Assembly (NCBI GenBank): GCA_951406725.2
Contig: OX597815.1
Span: 35,030,001-35,094,000 of the forward strand
Source of the DNA: Octopus vulgaris
Taxonomy: Eukaryota
DNA: 64,000 nt
Direction: 5' to 3'
Below the pieces are notes generated by a model, which made no database searches, had not been told where the DNA came from, and saw only the letters and a program-made list of their open reading frames with translations. Both the position numbers and the translations under genes were made by a program. Positions 55,720 through 64,000 of this stretch are shown piece after piece (position 1 is the first letter of the stretch; every line of letters begins with the position of its first letter).

Positions 55720-55979
55720 TCTTCTTCTTCTTCTTCTTCTTCTTCTTCTTCTTCTTCTTCTTCTTCTTCTTCTTCTTCTTCTTCTTCTTCTTCTTGTGGG
55801 CTCAATTCTTCTTAGGCTTCGTCACATCATTGAAATAACTCTCGCTTCTACTTATTTCTTGTACTTTTTTTCGGTAACGCTTCCTCCACCGCTTCTCATT
55901 GAAATTCATGTGCCTCTAGTGAGTCATCATAATCATAATCATCATCACCATCATCATCATCATCATCATCACCATCATC

Positions 55980-56022
<43 letters not shown>

Positions 56023-56115
56023 CCAACATCATCATCACCATCATCAACATCATCGATGTCGTCATCACCACCACCACCACCACCACCACCATCGTCGTCA
56101 TCATCATCATCACCA
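55720..56115. repeat. (CTT)n and (CAT/CAC)n microsatellites
   Basis: Directly visible; source of the poly-His/Asp/Met pseudo-ORFs. Confidence 0.9.
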
Positions 56116-57033
56116 TCCAGTGAAAATGGAAACAACCACAGAGAAATGAAAGCTATATATATTTTACAAACATATGCTAGATTTTAAATAATTGTTTAAT
56201 TAACAGACAGAGAGTCGATATCAAGTCTACACATCCGTATGATATGATTATAAAGCAAGTTGCTGAGTTATTTACTTATGAAAGAATAAGCCTGTATCAA
56301 GGATACTTAGCAGCCTCAAAACACCTAGAGATCGAAGACGGATTACTGTATCTGATACAAAAACAACTGAAACAACATGAATGATTATCTCAATTATTGA
56401 TGTCATTAAGGAAATGACCACTCAAATGTCTCGTAAACAGGATCTTATTAAACAGTTCAATCATTAGCGCCCTTTTTCTGATAAGCATATCAGCTACATA
56501 TTTTGTGTGTTTTAGACACTAGCCAGTGCAACCCGTGAGAAGTAGTGGCACACGATACGCTTGACCGTAAAATCAATAGCAATGGATGAGGATGAGAGTG
56601 ACGAGAATGACACAGCTATACCAGTTGTCTGTTAAACTCAAACGAGGTTGGCTACTATCATCTTCGACAGCAGCATCTCATACAAACTTCAAATTAAGAT
56701 AGTGTAAACATCTTTTCCTTTTCGTTGGTAGTAACGACAATACAATTTGCTAACGATAAAGATAGATATTTTTGCATTTTAAATTTCAACGGCATTTGTG
56801 TTCTATTCATCCACATAACTCAACCATTTCATCATAGTGTTGGTTGCTAAACATAAGAAATATCTTACCGCTACAAGCCTAATCTCAGCTAAAGTACGAG
56901 TGATGCAATGCTAACATACCATGCTTATGAAATGCATGTATTCTTTTTCTGTCGTAAAACAGGTCTTATATTCATATACATGTGTACTTATACACAATTA
57001 TATATATATATATATATATATATACAGAGATAC

Positions 57034-57094
<61 letters not shown>

Positions 57095-57122
57095 TATATG
57101 TATATGTATGTATATATGTATA

Positions 57123-57187
<65 letters not shown>

Positions 57188-57495
57188 TTATATTATATTA
57201 TATTATACTATATTATATTGAGGGCATTACTACACGTAAAAGCCTCCCACTTTGAGGGATTCTTAAAATCAAAACTACTATAATAAATAAACATTGTATA
57301 CTTATGGTAATTTTTACTTTAAGACTTCCTCAGAGCGCGAGGCATTTATGGGTAGTAATGCCCTTATTATTATCAATGTATTTAAAGGGAATAATTATAA
57401 AATTTTCCCTTACATGGTTTTCATGCTGAATACTTGTTAAATTCTCATATAGATTTTATCCTATATTTAATTATATACATACATATATACATACA

Positions 57496-57598
<103 letters not shown>

Positions 57599-57778
57599 AT
57601 GTATGTATGTATTCAACACACACATATACTTGTATGCATGTGTGTATGTATTTATGTATGTACATATGGCTGTGTGATAGGGATTTTGGCTAAACTGGCA
57701 AAATGGCCATTCCTAAATACAACAATATCTGTTTCAACACACGACTTCACATAAAAAATCTCGCACAACAAATATTTA

Positions 57779-57820
<42 letters not shown>

Positions 57821-58103
57821 TACATATATATATATAAACATATATACATCGACACACATATGTACTGTAGTATATGTGCTTGAGTGTATGTGTTGGAGAT
57901 TATGTGCGTGATTGAGCGCGCGTGTACATGTGCATATACACATATGTGCACTTTTACTTCTATAGTTATGTATAATGCGGTTATAAGCACGACATGTAGC
58001 CATTTATTAGAATCCCATACGATCTATTACACTCGAAAAGCAGCAATAAGGAATTGAATGCCACATGCGCGCAATTCTATGACGTAGGTGCACTGGGATT
58101 CGG

Positions 58104-58156
<53 letters not shown>

Positions 58157-58784
58157 CTGCGTATGTACGTACGTATGTATGTATGTATGTAGGTATATGT
58201 ACCACCAAATGATAAACTTTCAAACGACAAAGTAATTTTAAAATGAGATATGAGATAAGATATGAAAAATAAAGGAGAAATAAACGTCAGATCGAAGAAG
58301 AATATATCAAATAACCTATAAGATTATAGATAACGTATCTCAGCTTTATGAAAACTATTACTGATTATCTGCATTGCATGAAACTAAGGTATTGCGCATA
58401 GTACTTATGTAACCTACAGAATGCTTAGATTTTCAAGGTAATGAATAGAATAAAAATCATATGTAAACATTTTCTATTTGTGCAGTAGATTACCGAATTT
58501 ATTTTAAGCAGCATATGAAACAACCAAAATATTCTCGGTGATCGGTGAGTTTACAAGCATAAGTAAAATGGAGAAAATACCGAACAATAAAGTTCCCATA
58601 AGCTTTGCGATGCAGGGGTAGAATTTGAACTCCCAATTTTGAGTGTAATAAGCCACGTGGAAACTCTAATGATACTATAGCAGTTATGCCCACAACAATT
58701 TCTGTTTATTGGGCAGGATATAAAACAGTTAAAACAGTTTCAGACCAAATCGCAGTCTTCTGTTTTTTATTCATCTGATGGATA

Positions 58785-59664
58785 AACAAGGTGCATTCCC
58801 GAAGTTTTGAGATTTTTCAGGAGAGAAGTTTAATAATTTCAAAGAAGCTTAGTTATTTCAAAGAAGTGCAAAATTCTAATCACCTTCAAAGTAAGAATCT
58901 CTGACCTCAATGCACCTGTTGCAGCGCTCCAACTACTTCGGGAAAGCCCCATAAAAGTCCTCCAAGCTGATGGTACCCAGGACTCTTGTCAGCGTCTTTC
59001 ATTTTTCCCTTCAGCTTGGGAACAACAAGTCACAGAGAATAAGTTCTGGATTGTAGAAAAGGTGAGGGATATTATAATGCCCATCTCTGTCAAATAATCG
59101 ATTACCAGAATGGAACTGTGGACTAGTATATTGTCCTGATGCAAGTGTTCTGTACATTTGCGACGAATTCTCTTCCTCAACTCCCTCAAAACCTTCACAA
59201 AGTACTCTATATTGATCATCTAGCTAGAGAAGACTTGTTGGATGTAGATGATGCTCTTGGTGTCGAAAAAGGGGATTATCATGAACCTCCTGGAGGATTT
59301 GCTTTACTTGCTCTTTTGTGCCAGTGAAAAACAGATTCTCGACTCATACAAATAAGGAATCTGGAGCATATCCTACGTTTCTGTAGTACTTTTGCACAGT
59401 TTAACACAAACATTGCACAGCGAGCTTCGAAATTGTCTTCACGTCCCAGCTGCTGCTTGCAAACTAGTCAGCTGTGACAAGCAGCGTTTAACAGGACGTG
59501 TTCAAGGTGCTGTTACAGCCGTTTCTTTCAATTTGGAATAACAGAAATCGAGAAGTCAGCTCATCAGATATATAGCAACGATATATTAAAATTACAACAA
59601 TCTAGGACAGACGTAACTGCCTCTCCTAGAAAAGTTTCACAACTTTTGAAATGCACCGCATGTA
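58785..59664 (-). mobile_element. Internally deleted mariner element with both TIRs
   Basis: Left ggtgcattcccgaagttttgagatttt versus right (reverse complement) ggtgcatttcaaaagttgtgaaactttt; internal remnant INIEYFVKVLRELRKRIRRK..LHQDN..HSSILVIDYL. Confidence 0.75.
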
Positions 59665-60609
59665 AATCTTAGATCAGCTGCAATACAAAAATCAACAATG
59701 GGGTTGGATGGCCGTGTCTGGAAAGACTTTGAGCATATTTCTGCCTAATCAGGGTGGATCTAAGGATAGTCGGCAACAATAATCCCTATAACAATTAAAA
59801 TGCTACGAATTATCTTATACCTTGAATTTGACTATTCAATGAAAGATGTATGTGAATATAATAAAGCATTTGAAATTCAGACAAAACAAATTTATGCAAA
59901 ACTATAATTCAGTCATGAAACATTGATTTTGTAACAAGTGATCAGCTACAGAAAAAATGTTTTGCTATTCATCATCTGTTGCGTTACACGTTGCATACTT
60001 CAACCTGTGTACTGCTTTGCCAGAGCACAAGTACAACAGAAAAAATTCGCAGAGTGACATCAATTATTTTCCTCTGAAGTAAAGGTAAAGATATTTATTG
60101 CATTTCGCTGACTTTTTGCCGTAAGTATTTACTAATGCGGACAATTGTTTGTTTCTTATGTCTCAACTGCTTTACTTCTATACGATAATGTTATCTACAA
60201 GTCATAGAAAATATTAAACAAGTTTTTTCACTAATCAATGATTAATCCTTCTGAATACTTAAAGACAATAGATAGAAGGCCGTTTTTTTTCCGGATAGCA
60301 ACACAGTACAACGTCAGCGTGCAGAGTTGGACAAGAAAAGAAAATACAATTTCAACTTATACTTACATCTATCAATTTAGATAAATATATTAATAATTGT
60401 ATATCCAGGGTTTTAATTAGCATGTGAAGGAAGGATAGTTTTTCTCTCCCTGAAAAAGAATGAATATATAACATATAGAACAAATATACATTTGCATACA
60501 TTTAAGCATACATATATGAACATAATAGGAGTAAATTAGAGTACTCGGGAACAAATGTAGAGCATAATATATCATATATTATTGATAAATAGTTTCTCGG
60601 AGTTTCTTG

Positions 60610-62350
60610 TTTCCGATCTTAGGATTATAGTAATAAAATAAAGCAAAACTTTGGAAAGATATTTTATAACAAACTTAAATAATATTTACAAGTTAAATTG
60701 AAAAATCGGGAAAGCCGAAGATTTCAGATTTCATAAAAGAAATGAGCTGGTGTTCTTTTTTTTATTATTTTTTAACAAAGTCACATTGGTAGCTAATACG
60801 GAGGATAAATTCGGATTGAAATCCAGAAAAAAAATAAATCTGCAGTTATCAAAGCTCTAGTGCTGTTAGAAGCATATCTCTTTAATCTGGTAAAACGAAT
60901 TAAACTTTGGAAGATCTATAACGACTTTCAAAGCTTCTTGAACAAAACTTAATTATTTAACGTGATTCCAAAACAAAAATCTCTGCCACACTGGATAGTA
61001 TTGATGCGTTGATAAAAGCAGATACAACAGATTTCTATCCAATAACATCACTAATATTTACAAAAATTATATTGTCATCAATACCAATATAATATCTGAC
61101 TCTTAAGAATCATGACCAACTTTTCAGAGTAACCCTAAATATAATTTATTACTCCAGCTAAAACGAGTACAGGTTAGCAAACATATTCTAAACTTGGTTA
61201 TACTTAAAATAAAAAAACAATGCTTCAGTATATCCTTTATGGGATGTTGGTCATGAAATGATCTAATAACATTATAGATAAACTAAATGGTAAGCTTAGT
61301 ACAATATTATCAACTGTTATCCCGCTCTATCAAAACTACTTTAGACTTTTGCTAAAATCCCGATGCCCATAACTGAATTTAACATTGATGTTATTATGCA
61401 CTCTAGTAAATTCCTGTTAACTGTTGGTAATCCAGCTTGAGTTAAGAAAACTGGTGACGTGTTGTTTGATGTCCCATAGTTGTACTGATAAAGGTAAATA
61501 ATGTATGCTTATTGAATTCCTCTTTTAGACTGTTTCAACACAGAATTTCTTAGCATGGACTTTACAGAGAAAACGTGCTTTTAGAATCGTGAAATATTAA
61601 CCGTCGTAAACTAGAGAGATTTAAAAAAGATCTCATATTTTTATTTTGAGACATGAGGTTAGCGGTTACAGTTAACGCTAATAATTCTCTTTTTTCGATA
61701 TTAAATTTAAAAACAAAAAGGTTTAGTCCATGCCGGAAACCAAATAAGAAATTTTATGTTAATTGGGATTCTAATCACCTGTCAAATATTCTTCAAAATT
61801 TAGTTTCTAACGCATCTTCTCATTGTTCGCAAATGAGTTTAATATTGCCATTCATTGCTATAATGAGGCGCTCCACAATAAGCTTCCAAGAGAAAATGCA
61901 ATATATAGCCAACCCCACTGTCTAATTACATTAAAATATAGCTAACAAAATCTTATAGTACAATTCAAATAGCTATAGGCCTTAAAAAACCACATAGCTA
62001 GATATTTTCTTTATAAAATCCCCGGGATAAACATGGATCATAACAATTGTCACTTTAGCGAAAATTGCTTTTCTAAAAGCATAGTGTATCACAACTCTAG
62101 GTTCAGTGCGCATAAATAAGTTTCAAACACATTTTCTCGGCACGATCCCCCATAAAATTCATCCACTCGTTTGACAAAGTATATCTGGGGCTTTTAATAA
62201 TTCTACTAAGTCCACTGGTTCACTACTAAATACACTGGTCCACTTTAAAACACACAAGCCTATACAACAATGAATACTTTCGACGAACCGCGAGATGTGC
62301 CTTGCTTTTTCATTTTGTTCAAGGGACTTAAGTTTTGAACTGAAAATCGC
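60610..62350 (+). mobile_element. Near full-length but decayed Penelope-like retroelement ORF (probably Naiad-like)
   Basis: Collinear motifs: IKEMSWCSFF (cf. KRMRWKAFF), KFGLKSRK, LIKADTTDFY (cf. ADKT), TLKNH, SNPKYNLFTPAK (cf. NPxCRLINPAK), IDVIMHSSKFLL...*VKKTGDVLFDVP (cf. IIMHARKSLL..WxKK..FDVTMG), PCRKPN..YVNWDSNH (cf. PYRKPN..YxxxxSNHP) and KVYLG. Confidence 0.75.
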
Positions 62351-62436
62351 AATTATCTAATTTTTTGCATGCTTCAAAGTACTAATTATGTAACATTTTA
62401 TCATATAGTGAATTATCCCATTGATATATATATATC

Positions 62437-62593
62437 AAAATTAATCAAACAACATACTAAGTATGTCTACCTGTTGGAAATAACTGACAAATTATTATTT
62501 TTAAATTGCCAAAATATTTTGCAGATTTAAATAAGAGTTTTGACAATTATTTCCAACAGGCAGACATATTTTGTATGTTGTTTGATTAATTTT
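62437..62593. repeat. Long imperfect palindrome / foldback MITE-like element
   Basis: aaaattaatcaaacaacatac..tatgtctacctgttggaaataactgacaaa versus tttgacaattatttccaacaggcagacata..gtatgttgttttgattaatttt. Confidence 0.8.
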
Positions 62594-62799
62594 AATCTTT
62601 CGGCTATTTAATGCTCTTTTGGTCCTGCGATCGCCTATAATATTGATTCTGTTATCATTTTTAAATTGTTACACTAGATAATAATAGAATCAATGAGGTC
62701 ACAAATATTTTCTCGTGAATTATATTTTTTCATCGGAAATTATTTGCACCGTTCCGTGACTCTTCCTCTTTAACTCGTCTTCCTTCAACCTATCTTTTG

Positions 62800-63050
62800 T
62801 TCTACTTCCACTCTTCTTCCCTTTTCTCTTTCTCTTTCCCTTTTTGGCGCCACCAACAAGGCCTAATCGTTGGCGATTTTCTTCCTCCGTCTTCCTTTCT
62901 ATTGGACTTTCCTCTGTTTCTGAAGATGAGCGTTGCTCGAAACGTTAAACTATCTTTCTTTCCTTCCCTGAACGTCTGCGAATAATTTACATGTATCACA
63001 TCCTCGCGTTGTTGTTTTTTTGTGTTTGTTCTTCTTTTGGGGGGATTTAC
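62800..63050 (+). mobile_element. Short Penelope pLTR-like repeat with a hammerhead motif at 62916-62950
   Basis: GTTT-CTGAAGA-T-GAGC-gtt-GCTC-GAAAC-GTT-AAAC; ends at a (TA)n tract. Confidence 0.7.
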
Positions 63051-63274
63051 TATATATATATATATATATATATACATACAGCACGGATTTTTGTCAGTGA
63101 ACAGGTCGCGGGTTTTAGCGACGAAAATATTCTGACAAATTAAACTTAAATGTTGAAGTGAATCGAACGGCTTTTGTGTGTTTCTTAAATGGCTTACAAA
63201 CACCTTCAACGCTGCAATTGTTTTCGTTTCAGCACACGATCTCAGATCAAATCACTTGCTATGCGAGTACATCT

Positions 63275-63338
<64 letters not shown>

Positions 63339-64000
63339 ATTGGTCATTAACTGCAATTTTGATAAAAATTTGAAGAACGGCCACAATAAGCGGGATGTAG
63401 TGGACTAGCCTCTTGAACTAAATAACCGCAGAAAAATGTTTGGTATACACGGAAGCAGTAAGAAAATCTTTAGTAGAGACATGGGTACTGTGGGGTCCGT
63501 AGGAAAACTAATTGAATTGTTTAAACTTATGGAGCTATCACTGTTTCACACTCACGCACACTTACACTCACACACACACACACACACAAATATACACATT
63601 GTATATGTGCATGTGTGTGTGTGTGTGTATCAATCCGTATATACTTAACTTGGATTTACCGTTGAGAAATCATAATTCTGCGATATTGGTCTTTTGAAAG
63701 CATCTCGTATAATTCACGAAGGTATCAGTAACAGATGAAAAATGTCTAGCAGAGAGGTGGAACTGCTATATTCTGTGATTGCCACGAATCTGTGCTCATC
63801 AGTGGCAGATAACCACCATCATTGCGAATATCACATGATCTAGTACAACCACCGATCGGCACAATTTTCCACCTGCTACAGATACTGCTGTGCTTTTTAG
63901 TACAATACATCTATACGAGATGCTTTCTCGGGATTAATGCCGCAGTATTAAGGCATTCTTACAGTATATCAGTGTTAATTATGATATATAGGTTGCTATT

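Noticed and set aside
61438-61440. In-frame TGA in the Penelope-like RT as possible selenocysteine (reported for some Naiad elements)
   Set aside because: It sits at a position expected to be Trp (WxKK) in a copy with many other stops and frameshifts, so TGG to TGA decay is the simpler explanation.

Overview
AT-rich, microsatellite-saturated eukaryotic (animal) genomic DNA with no prokaryotic gene structure. The SINE repertoire and extreme (TACA)n/(TATC)n/(TA)n/(CA)n density suggest an octopod cephalopod (inference, not verified). Nearly all ORFs in the supplied track are microsatellite artefacts. Host coding signal is limited to one clear F-box/WD40-type exon (2890-3089, minus) and two weaker candidate exons. 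The rest is a transposon mosaic: a young 5'-truncated Tx1/L1-clade LINE with an open RT-zinc finger ORF, decayed RLE-type (R4/Dong-like) LINEs, RTE relics, two Penelope-like relics, mariner remnants, MITEs, two non-autonomous Helitrons and several tRNA-derived SINE families. Most notable: (1) eight minimal type-I hammerhead-ribozyme-like motifs in four to five short repeat families, one subfamily with a shared non-canonical CUGU core; (2) two retrotransposon families each tightly linked, in consistent orientation, to one tetranucleotide microsatellite, Tx1 with (TATC)n and the RLE LINE with (TACA)n, suggesting microsatellite targeting and/or seeding; (3) SINEs with a shared head but swapped 3' tails. 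All alignments and folds were done by eye and coordinates of decayed elements are approximate.
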